Assembly: GCA_050287085.1 (NCBI GenBank)
Contig: JBNKBE010000015.1
Location: 96,001 to 160,000, forward strand
DNA length: 64,000 bases
Origin: Polyangiaceae bacterium
GTDB taxonomy: Bacteria; Myxococcota_A; Polyangia; Polyangiales; Polyangiaceae
Direction of reading: 5' to 3'
Every line of letters begins with the position of its first letter. Position 1 is the stretch's first letter. The translations under genes and the position numbers were made by a program. Below the pieces are notes generated by a model. That model did no database searches and had not been told where the DNA came from. It saw nothing but the letters and a program-made list of their open reading frames with translations. Below, piece after piece: positions 20,113-30,266 of the stretch.

Positions 20113-21222
20113 CTACTGGATCTCAGCGAGAAAGGCTGCGGCTGCCTGCGCCGCCGCAGCGTTGCCCTGGGCGGTTAAGTGAGGACCGCCCCCCCGCATA
20201 TCATCACACGACCGAGCCTCCCAGCCGGGCGCCAAGAACACTAGCCCTGGGTATTCGGCCGCTACCTCCATCATGGCGGCCTGAAGCTCAGGCGAAACCA
20301 CGATCGTCTCTCCTGGCGTCGGTTGCGTCGGGCAGAGCCCGTTGTTGGGACCCCGAATCTGAGTCATGAAGTCGAGTCTTCGAAGACCCGGGTACTTGGA
20401 TTTGAAACTCTCTACGGCCTGCATGATGTTGCTACGCCACTCGTCCTGTTCATGGATGCTCCAACTGAAGATCATGAATACGACCCGATCGGGCGACGCG
20501 GTGCCGCTGGCACAAGGAGACTCGATAGCCGCGTCCCAGAAGGCACTCTCCGGCTCGGCCCAAGCGTCCACGAAGCCGCCATCTTGCCACTTGAGCTGCC
20601 AGCGACTGTCGTCAAGCATGCTCTCCAACCCGGCGCTGAAGAACTCCTTTGTCAAAGTACCCCCAGTTACCTGATTGCAGGTGAACGGACCCGAGTCCCC
20701 GCCACCGGCACCACCGCGATCCTCAAGTCCGCCTGAGCCGCCGAGCAGATCGCCCGCTCCCCCCGTATCGTCGAGTCCGCCAGAGCCACCGGGCATGCCA
20801 TCGGTGCCCCACCCGCCGACCTGTCCACCCGCACCGCCCTCGTCAGCCCCCGCTCCGCCGCTGTCAGCCAGGCCGCCGGGTGCAGCCTCAATTCCGGCGC
20901 CGCCAGACGCTCCGGCGCCGGTACCCGTATTCCCCCCGAGGGAACCTCCCGAAGCCGAGCTGCCGCCGGTGCCAGCTACGATTTGGGATGCTCCGGAGCC
21001 GCCGGAGTCGACCGCACCTGCGCCCCCAGGCATCGGCGTTCCTCCCTGCCCCGGAGCTCCAGCCTCTTCCGCCGAACAAGACCAGAGCCCAGCCGCGCCC
21101 AGCCAGATGAAGCCACCGATAGCCCAGCGCGCGACCGCTGCGTTGAAAGCTGGGTCAACCCTTGAACAGTTCGTCTTGGATGTGCGCCCTACGCACGCGG
21201 GATGCCTTGTCGCTGAGTTCAC
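20113..21222 (-). CDS. Hypothetical lipoprotein with Gly-rich linker
   Basis: Hydrophobic leader ending LWSC, ~120-aa Gly-rich tract, ~190-aa Cys/Trp-containing C-terminal domain. Confidence 0.65.
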   Translation of the reverse strand: MNSATRHPACVGRTSKTNCSRVDPAFNAAVARWAIGGFIWLGAAGLWSCSAEEAGAPGQGGTPMPGGAGAVDSGGSGASQIVAGTGGSSASGGSLGGNTGTGAGASGGAGIEAAPGGLADSGGAGADEGGAGGQVGGWGTDGMPGGSGGLDDTGGAGDLLGGSGGLEDRGGAGGGDSGPFTCNQVTGGTLTKEFFSAGLESMLDDSRWQLKWQDGGFVDAWAEPESAFWDAAIESPCASGTASPDRVVFMIFSWSIHEQDEWRSNIMQAVESFKSKYPGLRRLDFMTQIRGPNNGLCPTQPTPGETIVVSPELQAAMMEVAAEYPGLVFLAPGWEARSCDDMRGGGPHLTAQGNAAAAQAAAAFLAEIQ

Positions 21223-21314
21223 TACTGGGTTCCTTCCGTTGGTAGACTATGCCACGTGTTCGACGCCGCATGGCCGGCAAGCGTCGGTGGTTTGGCTGCA
21301 AGTTACTGCCTGAG

Positions 21315-21823
21315 CTAAGCCCCGTAGAGCTCTCGCAGGTGCCCCTGGATGTCGCGGGTGGTCATGCCGCGGGCGTAGAGGGCCAGGACCTTCTCGTCGA
21401 AGCCCTCTAGCCGTCGCTGGTGCTTCTTCACCAGCTGGGACTCAAAGGTGCCATCCCGGTCCCGCGGCACGGCGATGGAGACGGGGCCTGAATCCGTCGT
21501 GACGGTCTTGCGTGAGTGACCGTTGCGGGCGTTGCCTCCCTTGCTCCGCTCGTGGGGCTCTCGGCCCAGATGCGTGCTCATCTCCGCCTCCAGCAGGCGC
21601 TCCATCACCTGCCCCTTCAGCTGCGTGAAAACGCCCTCTGGCCCGAACAGGTCGCCCTCTGTGGCGCATTCCGACAGCAGCGCCTCCAGCAGCTCCTGCT
21701 TGCGCTCAGACCGCTCCCGGTTGCTGAGCTTCTGCCCCATCTTCTTGATACCTTGCTCTTCCATAAGTGACTCCTTTCAAGTCACCCGGATTGGTCAAGT
21801 TACACAAGTTTGCTGACACCCTC
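21315..21823 (-). mobile_element. IS256-family remnant: left end plus truncated transposase (21315-21764)
   Basis: 'LEAEMSTHLG','RNGH','VPRDRDGTFE','LYARGMTTRDI'; stops before the DDE domain; terminal GAGGGTGTCAGCAAACTTGTGTA starting at 21823 on the minus strand. Confidence 0.88.
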
Positions 21824-22525
21824 GCTTGGTACGTACAAGGGTACCGCCGTCGTCGATGGGTTTGCCTCCTACCCGCCTGTTGCGCTAGCGAATCCGGATA
21901 TCAAGTTTGCGCACTGCTGGGGGCATGCGCGCAGGGAACTGCTTCCGTATGAACACCTCAGGATCCCGGCGCGAGCGCTGCGAGTGATCCAGCGCATGTA
22001 TCGGCTCGAGGCCCTCGCGAAGGAGCGAGGGTTGGCCGCAGACGAACTGCTTCGTCTGCGGCAGCGCAAGACCAAGCCGCTACTGAAAGCGCTCTTGAAG
22101 TGGGCCAAGACGCTCTACATCCCTGAGCCCGAGTCGCTCGTGAAGGCGTTTCGCTCCATCATCGAGCGGGAAGACGGACTTCTGCGCTTCGTGGATGATC
22201 CGTTGTTGTCGCCAGACAACAACGACACTGAGCGTGCCGTCCGCGGCGTCGCCGTGGGGCGCAAGAATCATTACGGCTCACGGTCGGTGGAGGGAACCAA
22301 AACCGCCGCGCTCATGTACAACCTGGTGGAGTCCGCTCAGCTTGCCGGGGTCGACCCGGGACGCTACCAGCGCGTCACGCTCGCAGCCGCGCTGGACGGT
22401 CAAGAGATCCCGCTCCCTCACGAGCTCGTCCCGGCCCCTCAGCTCGCTGACGATTGAGCCCCGCTTTCGGCAGCTCCCTCACCAGAAAGCCCAGAAAAGG
22501 GGCGCGGCGAGTGGGTACCCCTTAC
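21824..22525 (+). mobile_element. tnpC: IS66-family remnant: TnpC C-terminal part (to 22457) plus probable right end
   Basis: 'VVDGFASY','CWGHARR','DNNDTERAVR','GRKN','LVESA'; CTTAC at 22521-22525 fits IS66 GTAA termini. Confidence 0.88.
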
Positions 22526-22587
22526 GTGCCCCACGCGGTGATGCTAAGTTCTGCAGGCTGGCCCGAGCTTGCTGAACGAGGTTACCA

Positions 22588-23199
22588 ATGAAGTCCTTTT
22601 CAACAGCGCAGGTCGATCTGTTGCTTGTCCTCATATCGCTGCCGGTTGTGTCCTGCAGTGGCGAGGCTCGCCAGCTCGGCACTACGACTACATCCAATTC
22701 CATGCCCACTGCTAGCGTCCTCAACCCGCTAGACGCGGGAGAGCCACGAGATTTCTCGGTGGCCGATGGGTCCGTCACACGCCCGCGTGTCGACCCCCCT
22801 GAGGTCCCGCTCAGTCTCGGGCCTGGCTGCGTCTGGGTCGGCTACGGCATCGGCGCTCCCCCAAACCAGCAGCTCGACTCTCAGCACCTCTCCTCACACG
22901 CATATGGGGCCTGCGCAGACCTAGGCGGTGTTCCGGGAGAGCAGCTGCTGGTCGCAGAAGACGACGAAGCCCGAATAGAATGCTGCACGGACGGCGCTCC
23001 ACTCGCCTCGCCCGAGCAAGACTCGGTCTCTGACGTCGACTCCGTGGTCAACACGTCCAGCGACGGCAACACGCGACAGGCGCTCGTTGCGGAGGCGTCC
23101 GCCATGTGTTCTGAGACGGGACAGCAGCTCGGGGACTGGGTTGCCGTGTACACTGAGGACGGCGTCACCGTCGAACGACTCCACTTCGAGTGTGGATAG
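22588..23199 (+). CDS. Hypothetical Cys-containing lipoprotein
   Basis: Lipobox VVSC; acidic, several Cys. Confidence 0.6.
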   Translation: MKSFSTAQVDLLLVLISLPVVSCSGEARQLGTTTTSNSMPTASVLNPLDAGEPRDFSVADGSVTRPRVDPPEVPLSLGPGCVWVGYGIGAPPNQQLDSQHLSSHAYGACADLGGVPGEQLLVAEDDEARIECCTDGAPLASPEQDSVSDVDSVVNTSSDGNTRQALVAEASAMCSETGQQLGDWVAVYTEDGVTVERLHFECG

Positions 23200-23212
23200 G
23201 AGCCGACAGCGG

Positions 23213-24067
23213 CTACGGTTCCTGAGCAACGGTCCAGCCCGCGGCGGTCCAGCGCAGCACGGTTGCAGACGTCCCTCTTGGGGACTTCGTGAACACCTCA
23301 TGCGCCCGAGCAGAAAGTGCTCTCACCACTGAAGGTGACAGCTCCTGCGCGTAGAGCAATACGTCCGGTGCCGGCACCGCAACCAGCAGCTTGTCATCAA
23401 AGGATCGTGCAACATCCTTCCACACCGAGTGAGGCAGCAGCAGGCTCGAAGTGTAGTAGTTGTCGAGCCTGACCTCGCCGATAGCTTGACCGTCGCCCGG
23501 GCGGATCAAGGTGGACAGCTTGGGCAGTTGCTCTCCAAGGTTTCGGAAAGCCCGAGTCTTGACTTGTTCCGGGCTCAGACCAAGCTCCGCCACCGTCTTG
23601 CCATCCACGACACGCGCCGACTTCGGGGAGTCCACCATGTACACGACGAACAGTTCGCCGGCGATTGGCTCCTCGAGTATACCTTCCGCCCGCTCCCGGT
23701 AGGACTCGACGTCCGCTCGATTCCGCACCGCTGGAACCAGCTGGCTTGGCTCGGGCTTCGTGGCGCCGCTTTCAGCTGCTGCCTGAACAACCCCAGCGAG
23801 GTACTCGCCGGCCATTCGCTCGCAATCGCCAGCATTGTTTCTGCAATACTCGTAAGGACGCCCCAACCACACTTCGAGATGCTGGTCACCTCGGTTCAGC
23901 GTCAGCACCAACGGGTCCGCGCCGCCTTCGATGGTCCATTGTGGCAGTTGCTCCTGCAGCGCGCTCTGCGCCCAGGCGCGCATCTCGTCTGGTGAGCTCG
24001 AAAAGGATGGTGCCCCGGTCCGCGAACATGCGACGAGCATCAGCGCAGCGAGTATCTGAAAGCGCAT
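23213..24067 (-). CDS. DUF1444-like lipoprotein
   Basis: Lipobox LVAC; 'VYMVD', 'AFRNL', 'DNYYTSSLLL', 'LVAVPAPDVL'. Confidence 0.7.
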   Translation of the reverse strand: MRFQILAALMLVACSRTGAPSFSSSPDEMRAWAQSALQEQLPQWTIEGGADPLVLTLNRGDQHLEVWLGRPYEYCRNNAGDCERMAGEYLAGVVQAAAESGATKPEPSQLVPAVRNRADVESYRERAEGILEEPIAGELFVVYMVDSPKSARVVDGKTVAELGLSPEQVKTRAFRNLGEQLPKLSTLIRPGDGQAIGEVRLDNYYTSSLLLPHSVWKDVARSFDDKLLVAVPAPDVLLYAQELSPSVVRALSARAHEVFTKSPRGTSATVLRWTAAGWTVAQEP

Positions 24068-24263
24068 GACGATCAGCGTAACAGGCACCCCTTGGTCTGG
24101 CCACGCCATTGAGGTTGCGGTCTTTCTCCGCAGCTCTCGTGTGGGGAATGATGTTCCTTCGAAGTCAACGGTCCAGAGCTCCGCATCACGCGTCCACAAG
24201 AACAGCCTCTGGTTAGAGGAGTCCACGCGGGCTAGACTCCACTAGGCCCGCATCCCGAAAGTC

Positions 24264-24800
24264 TCAGCGCAGGTGATAGCCGAGGTGAATCGCAGGGAAC
24301 ACGGAGACCGATTGTGCTTCGAAGCGCTGGCCGTCCAGCACGATGTCTTCGGCGCTGAAGGCGTAGCCAAGTCCCAACCAGGCCGTGGCGTAGAAGTCCG
24401 CGGGTAAGTCGAAGCGCCAGCCGAAGTTCACCCCAGCCGTGTATTGGCGGTGTTTGCCAGCTCTGTCCCCTTCAACGCGACGCGCGCACGAATCACACCG
24501 CCATCGACTCCGACGAAGCCCCCCGTCTGAGGTTTGAACAAGAAGCACTGGAGCGTCGCGCCATACCCGTCGAAGGAAAGGTCGAACCCATCCTGCCCGT
24601 GGACGGCTTCGGGCACTGTCATGCCAAACACGCCGAGGTCGACTCGCCAATGCCCGGTACCGAGTCCTGAGTGCAGCGAGAAGCCGTCGAGCACGAACGC
24701 GGTCGGGTCGATCTCGACGTCAGCGCGAAGGAGAGCCAAGGCCAATCGAAGTGGCAAGAGCGACGTGCTGCGAACATGGAACCCCGCGCCGGGAGTGCCA
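24264..24800 (-). pseudogene. Frameshifted small outer-membrane beta-barrel-like protein
   Basis: 'DVEIDPTAFVLDGFSLH...LKGTELA' continues in another frame near 24455 as 'HRQYTAGVNFGWRF...IHLGYHLR'; start unclear. Confidence 0.65.
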
Positions 24801-25435
24801 TTGGAGATGTCGTGACGCGAATTTCTGGCGCCAGCGTGCCCCATCGCTCGTCGACAGCGCCTTCAAGCAGGCAGAAGCCCTCGAGAAGACGGACCAGTCC
24901 ACCCCCGCGAACATCTCGAAGGACAGGTCAGCCTCGGCGAGAGCGCCGTTCAGTTCCCGAACTGCAGACTCCGCTGACCGAGCGGAGTCGCTGGTGTGGC
25001 GGGCCCTCGACGAATCCTCTTCCGAAGGCAAGGATACGAGTGCGGGGCGAGATAGCTCAGCGGTTCGGTAGAACTCGCGGGGGACAAGGCGACCTTGGAG
25101 GAGCAAGTGAAAACCACCAAGGACAGCGTCTGCGACGGCGTCTGGCTGAGCGTGCCGGTCAACGTTCGCTTCGCCACGGGGGATGGGGCGTTCGATGAGG
25201 CTCTTGGGGGGGGCAGCTCGTCTACGATACGAGGACCGAGGGCACGACGTGGCTTCCCGATACGTTGCCTTTGAGGGCATTTCCACGGAGACCTGGACGC
25301 CAGCCCATGGGGGGCAGCGCTCGGCTCCGGGTCAGGGTCGAGACGCGGAGCGGCGCGGCGTCCGCGTCTCGACCCAGCCAGCCGGGAGTCTGACATATGG
25401 GCGTTACGGGAGAACGAATACCGAAAGGCGCAGCC

Positions 25436-25548
25436 GCACCCGCCTCGTCACGGCACCGCTTCGTCACGGCACCGCTTCGTCACCGCACCGCTTCGTCACC
25501 GCACCGCCTCGTCACGGCACCGCTTCGTCACGGCACCGACACGTCGCG
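25436..25548. repeat. Intergenic 16-bp tandem array, ~7 copies (GCACCGCTTCGTCACG)
   Basis: Regular copies at 25453, 25469, 25485, 25501, 25517; degenerate copies at 25436 and 25533. Confidence 0.9.
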
Positions 25549-25594
25549 GCCGCCGGACGGAGCGGACAATCGCTGGACCCGCTGGTCGCTGGCG

Positions 25595-26998
25595 CTACCA
25601 CAGTCTCACTACCACTTGGCCAGTGAAGGGATTGGCAGCCAGGTATTCGTACCGCCACCCCTCGCGCGCTACCGCCTCTCGAAACGCGCGGTATTCGTCC
25701 TGGCGCCAGCTCTTGTGACCGAAGTATTCGTCGAATACGATGACGGCGCCGGGGAGGAGCCGCGGAGCGAGGTGCGTCAGGCCGCACTTGGCGCTCTCGT
25801 ATAGGTCGCTGTCGACATGCAGTAGCGCGAGGGGCTGCTCGTGCGCCTGCAGGTAACGGGGCAGCTGCTCCGCGAATGGTCCCACCCAGTACCTGCAATC
25901 GATGCCTTCCGGCGTCCTGCCGGCCGTAGTGAACGTCCCCTCGGGTACCGGATGCCAAGCGCTCGGCAGCCCTTCGAAGCTGTCGAAGCCGTGCACCCGC
26001 CCTGGCTTCAGCTCTACCAGCCAGCGCAAGGAAACTCCGTGGAACACACCGAGCTCGACCACGTCGCCCGTTCGCGGCGCGCGAGCTGCCGCGAAGCGCA
26101 GCGTCTCCCGCGCGCTCGCGAACAGGCGCGCTGCCGTCATGTGCTCGCGGACGTAGTGCGCTGCATCCGCAAGGGCTTCGAGCGCGGGCGTGGCTGGTGC
26201 AGACGCGGCCGGCGACGAACGTCGCTCACGGCCCCCGAGCAGCCAGTGAAACACAGGGGCTTCCGCATGCCCCAATTGGGTCGCCCGGGCGAGTGACTCC
26301 AGGGCTGGGTCGCGCCGCGCATCGTCGAAGACGGCGCGCGCCAGCGAGAAGTGAACGGAGGCGTTGTCCGGCCGGAGCTCCACGGCACGGCGCGCCGCGT
26401 CGGCCGCCAGCTCGCCAAGCTCGAGGCGCAGCTGCGCCAGATGAAGCCAAGCTCCGACCAGCGCAGGCTCACGCGCCACCGCACCCTCGAGCGCCGCGCT
26501 GGCCTCGGCGAGTCTCCCGACGCCCTTGAGCCCGATGCCGATATCGCGCAGGACGCGGCCGTTGCCCGGCGCGAGCGTCGCGGCGCGCTCGAAGGCGAGA
26601 GCCGCTTCAGCGGCGCGTCCCGCGCGCGCCTCCAGGGCGCCTAGATTCATCCAGGCGTCGACGCGTTCGGGCTCTATCTCGATGCACCGCGTGTACAGCG
26701 CGATGGCAGCCTCGGCGCGTCCAGCGCGCTGGGCACGCAGCGCGTCGTCCAGCAGCGCACACTGACCGGGCGAGCTCGTGTAGCGAACAGGAACCTTCCG
26801 GGAACCCCCGGCACGAGACAAGCGCGACAACGCCGGAGCAGGACCACGTTTGGCGCCGTGAGGCAAGTCCGATTTGGCATGACTCCGGAAGTCCGATATG
26901 GCCGTTGGCGATCGCGAGCTCCTCGCGTGTGTCCCTATCGAGGTCAAGGAGGCGCGTGCGCCACTAGCAAGACGACTCGAAACCCCAAGCGCGCTCAA
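25595..26998 (-). CDS. TPR-repeat plus TylF/MycF-like class I SAM methyltransferase
   Basis: N-terminal TPRs; VELGVFHG, GFDSFEGLP, LHVDSDLYES, IVFDEY; true start probably near 26790. Confidence 0.85.
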   Translation of the reverse strand: MSALGVSSRLASGARASLTSIGTHARSSRSPTAISDFRSHAKSDLPHGAKRGPAPALSRLSRAGGSRKVPVRYTSSPGQCALLDDALRAQRAGRAEAAIALYTRCIEIEPERVDAWMNLGALEARAGRAAEAALAFERAATLAPGNGRVLRDIGIGLKGVGRLAEASAALEGAVAREPALVGAWLHLAQLRLELGELAADAARRAVELRPDNASVHFSLARAVFDDARRDPALESLARATQLGHAEAPVFHWLLGGRERRSSPAASAPATPALEALADAAHYVREHMTAARLFASARETLRFAAARAPRTGDVVELGVFHGVSLRWLVELKPGRVHGFDSFEGLPSAWHPVPEGTFTTAGRTPEGIDCRYWVGPFAEQLPRYLQAHEQPLALLHVDSDLYESAKCGLTHLAPRLLPGAVIVFDEYFGHKSWRQDEYRAFREAVAREGWRYEYLAANPFTGQVVVRLW

Positions 26999-27137
26999 CT
27001 CGAGCCGGCTATGCGCATCGAGACACCTCGCGCTCCAACGCGCAGCTCACCTTCCCCCAAGCCCCGCGACAACCCACGCGCCCACGCGAGCGAGAGCACG
27101 TGTGCCTGTGTACCGTCATGAACACGGCTCGTGCGGC

Positions 27138-28151
27138 TCAGGGCAGTCGCAGCAACCAGCGGGCGCATACGGTAGGGCTACAACCATGCCCAAAAATGCT
27201 CTTGCCGTCTCCCGACGAGTGATTCGCTGAGAACAGCGTCCAGCCTCCTGCCAGGCCTAGGTCACCCAACAGCTCCTGAACCTCTTCTAGCCTGGGAAAC
27301 TTGCCGTAGGCTGAACGCACATCGTCTTCGCCGCGTGTATCGAGCACCCCGTCACGCCAAACCACCTCATACGGCTGTGAGCCGTCCGCCGGCTCCACAT
27401 CGCCGAAGATAAGGGTCCCGTCCTTATTGACCCCGCTGGCTTTGGTTGGCCCGGCGGGATCTTGCGGAAGGATCTCCAACCCCCCATCCAGCGTCCATTT
27501 GACGGGTACCGGTATCGTCGATTCCGGTGCGTAACGGGGAACGTGGGTCCCCACAATGGTGCTACCGTCATAGCTCATCGTCGTCAGAAGCAGCTCGCTG
27601 TTGCTTCTCGCCGGGCCGATCTCACGGAACAATGGGAGCTCGCACTTGGGCAAGGACTCAACGGCACAATCGCAAAGCGTGCCGTACGTGACGTCAATAC
27701 ACGCGCCGTGGTCGACGCAAGCTTCCACCGAGCAGGGCGAACCCGCATCGCCACCCGCCCGGCCTGCGTCGCCCGTGGAGTTGCCGTCCGGCTTGTCCGC
27801 GCCCGCGTCTGGCGTGACCCCGACCGCAGTCGGAGCGTCGTCAGAATCGGTAGCGCCGGCGTCAAGAGGAACGTCAGGCTTGGGTGCTGGGTCCTCTGGC
27901 GAGGTGTCCTTGACCTCCGACGGCTTCTCGGAGCCAGCTTCTATGACATCGCCGACGGGCGTCTGGGGGTCGGTATCGTCGGCGGACCCCTGCGCCCCGG
28001 AGCGGCCGCTCTGAGAGGCCTCGGTTGCGCGGATGTCGTGCACCGGGCCTTGGTTGCACGCCACAAGGGCAAGGCAGACGATGCCGACAGGAGTCGGACC
28101 AACACTCGAAAGCACGCGGCTAGGCCGGAGGAGACGCTGGGGCTTCAACAT
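27138..28151 (-). CDS. Lipoprotein with Cys-rich (EGF-like) module and HAF-like repeats
   Basis: Lipobox LVAC; 'CVDHGACIDVTYGTLCDC'; SYDGSTIVG / NKDGTLIFG / SGDGKSIFG repeats. Confidence 0.65.
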   Translation of the reverse strand: MLKPQRLLRPSRVLSSVGPTPVGIVCLALVACNQGPVHDIRATEASQSGRSGAQGSADDTDPQTPVGDVIEAGSEKPSEVKDTSPEDPAPKPDVPLDAGATDSDDAPTAVGVTPDAGADKPDGNSTGDAGRAGGDAGSPCSVEACVDHGACIDVTYGTLCDCAVESLPKCELPLFREIGPARSNSELLLTTMSYDGSTIVGTHVPRYAPESTIPVPVKWTLDGGLEILPQDPAGPTKASGVNKDGTLIFGDVEPADGSQPYEVVWRDGVLDTRGEDDVRSAYGKFPRLEEVQELLGDLGLAGGWTLFSANHSSGDGKSIFGHGCSPTVCARWLLRLP

Positions 28152-28661
28152 GACGGAAGCTTGGCATAAGAGGCGAGCGTAGTCTCCAGTCATGCGCACG
28201 AGCCACGATGACTGGGCCTGCGCGTGCAGCCACACGCAGATTGTTCTTCCGCGACGATTTCGTCGGGGAGACAGCAGGATTCTGTGATCGTTCGCCGGCT
28301 GCCAGTTCTGGCTGCGCGCCCCGCCGCGAGCTGAACGCGGTGACACGCCGCCCGTACCACCGCCGAACACCCAGCCGCACCACGGCCCAGCCGTACCGCC
28401 GACACCTGACCTCAGCGGGACGGCTCGTCGTGTCGCGACGGACCCGTGTTTCACTTTCCATCTTCCGGCCCGATCAAGAGCGCCTGAAGCATCCGGGCGG
28501 CGCCCGCTCGTCCGTATTCGCCGCACTGCCTTCGCGAGAGGCCGCAGCGCCGGGACGGCGTCCGCACTCCGGCCCAACCGGCGGAGACAGATCGTACGTA
28601 GGCTGCGACACCCAGCGCTGGGCGCTCGATCGCTAGAATATCGACAACTGGCAGTTGAGCC

Positions 28662-29558
28662 CTAGCAGACCTGGGAGGACAACGGCCTGCCTCCTAGGTA
28701 GGTCAAGGCACGGTCCAACCACCGCCCCCAGGGGTAGGCCAGGAGCGTTAGAATGTAGATGTTCTGGCCGAAGTAGATGCTCAGACATAACTCTACTCCC
28801 AAATGCATGCCGATGAGAGCGGTCATCACGTATGGACGAGGCTTCTCATACCAAATGGCAACGCCCGCAAGCTCCGCCAGAAGTCCAAAAGTCAGAGCCA
28901 AGGTACCCACCCACGGTTTGCTCAGGACTAGCCGCTGGAGAAAATTGGGCTCAAACGCTCCGAACGACGACGTGACGTCGACTGAACGCTCCCCCACCCA
29001 CAGAGCCATATGTTCACCCATAGGCCACGACAGGCCGCTGGCCACCAACTTACACACCCCAGCGCTGGCGTAGCCCACGCCGTATAGGAAGAAGAGCAGG
29101 CCGAAGACGAATCGATACATCGAAGCAGACGTCCTGAACCGCCAGGCCCCCAGCGCCAGCGCCACGAGCGCGAGGCCGACGAAGTTCGATCCGTGCGAGA
29201 TTTCACCCAGCGAGTAGCGTGAAGCGTAGAGCAGATGAAGGGCCACGAGGGCCCCTGCGTAGCCGAAGCGCCAGACGCGGGTGAAGCCGAGTACGACAAA
29301 GAGGGTAAGCGCTGCGACGAGCCCGTAGGCAGGAACTGGCGCAAAGAACACCGTCAGGTCGAAGTAGTTCGCCAGCCCCAGTGGCAAGACCACGACCCGA
29401 TGGCGAAGCATGGTCTCGGCCCAAGTCCACCCAGCCTGGAGCGCCCACCCCCCAATGAGGAACTCAAAGAAGCGAAAGAACAGCAACTCTCCGCGAGTTG
29501 GCGTGCGCTCGTAGGGAAATAGGTTGGCCGCAAGCCCCTGGATCCAGCGCTCAAGCAT
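28662..29558 (-). CDS. HTTM-like multi-pass membrane protein
   Basis: ~7 TM segments; 'GEISH', 'YASAGVCKL...W..G', 'AEL', 'MHLG...IYF'. Confidence 0.65.
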   Translation of the reverse strand: MLERWIQGLAANLFPYERTPTRGELLFFRFFEFLIGGWALQAGWTWAETMLRHRVVVLPLGLANYFDLTVFFAPVPAYGLVAALTLFVVLGFTRVWRFGYAGALVALHLLYASRYSLGEISHGSNFVGLALVALALGAWRFRTSASMYRFVFGLLFFLYGVGYASAGVCKLVASGLSWPMGEHMALWVGERSVDVTSSFGAFEPNFLQRLVLSKPWVGTLALTFGLLAELAGVAIWYEKPRPYVMTALIGMHLGVELCLSIYFGQNIYILTLLAYPWGRWLDRALTYLGGRPLSSQVC

Positions 29559-30072
29559 CAGAATGGGCCTTCTTCAAAGCGGGATTGATTCGAGAGCTCT
29601 CCTGGCTCATGCGAACGAGGCCGGTGAGACCTATTTCTACGCCGCCGTTGTCCGATGATCGGCCATCTGCCGACAACAACATGAGCCGACGACCGCTCGC
29701 CAGCGGAGCCTCATACAATGCTCGCAGGGCGGACAAGCGCTCCTCGTTCCAAACACGGGTCAGCTGCACGAACTTCGACAGATCGTTCGTGTTGACTCCG
29801 ACCTCCCGCGTAGGAAGCGGTTTGCCGGGCAATGCCTGCAGCGACCACGGCCCCCAATCGAGGGGCGTCGCTGACGACGCGGAATCCTCATCGGGAGAAA
29901 GCTCCACCATCAGAGCTCGCCGCCACGGGCGCCCTGCACGGGAAAACATCGGGAAGATACTGAAGGGCCAGAACTCCCCCTGATGCGTGGCAACACTCAC
30001 GGTGTAAACAGCCAACACCCCCCCCAAGGTCAGCATCGAACGCCGGCGTAGATGGCCCCATTGCTCAGACAT
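29551..30072 (-). CDS. Single-TM partner protein with EFWPFSIFPMFS motif
   Basis: One N-terminal TM; stop overlaps the HTTM-like gene start. Confidence 0.65.
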   Translation of the reverse strand: MSEQWGHLRRRSMLTLGGVLAVYTVSVATHQGEFWPFSIFPMFSRAGRPWRRALMVELSPDEDSASSATPLDWGPWSLQALPGKPLPTREVGVNTNDLSKFVQLTRVWNEERLSALRALYEAPLASGRRLMLLSADGRSSDNGGVEIGLTGLVRMSQESSRINPALKKAHSDA

Positions 30073-30266
30073 CCGCCGCCGTATAGTCCCGGTCTGGGCA
30101 TGCGCAAGTGCGCGCGCCGTAGGCCGCAACCAAGTGGGCCTCCCACGCAGAAACTTCGCGGATATTGACCCGCTGCTCTGAACACTGAAGAGCGAAGCTG
30201 CATTATCGTTCCAGCCATGGCAGATTCGGCCCTGTGACATCACATGCCCACCCTGGATATCGTCGA

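Noticed and set aside
25436..25548. Tandem array as a CRISPR
   Set aside because: No spacers, unit too short, no cas genes
28152..28577. N-terminal extension of the 27138 ORF
   Set aside because: Arg/Gly-rich nonsense-like sequence upstream of the signal peptide; likely non-coding
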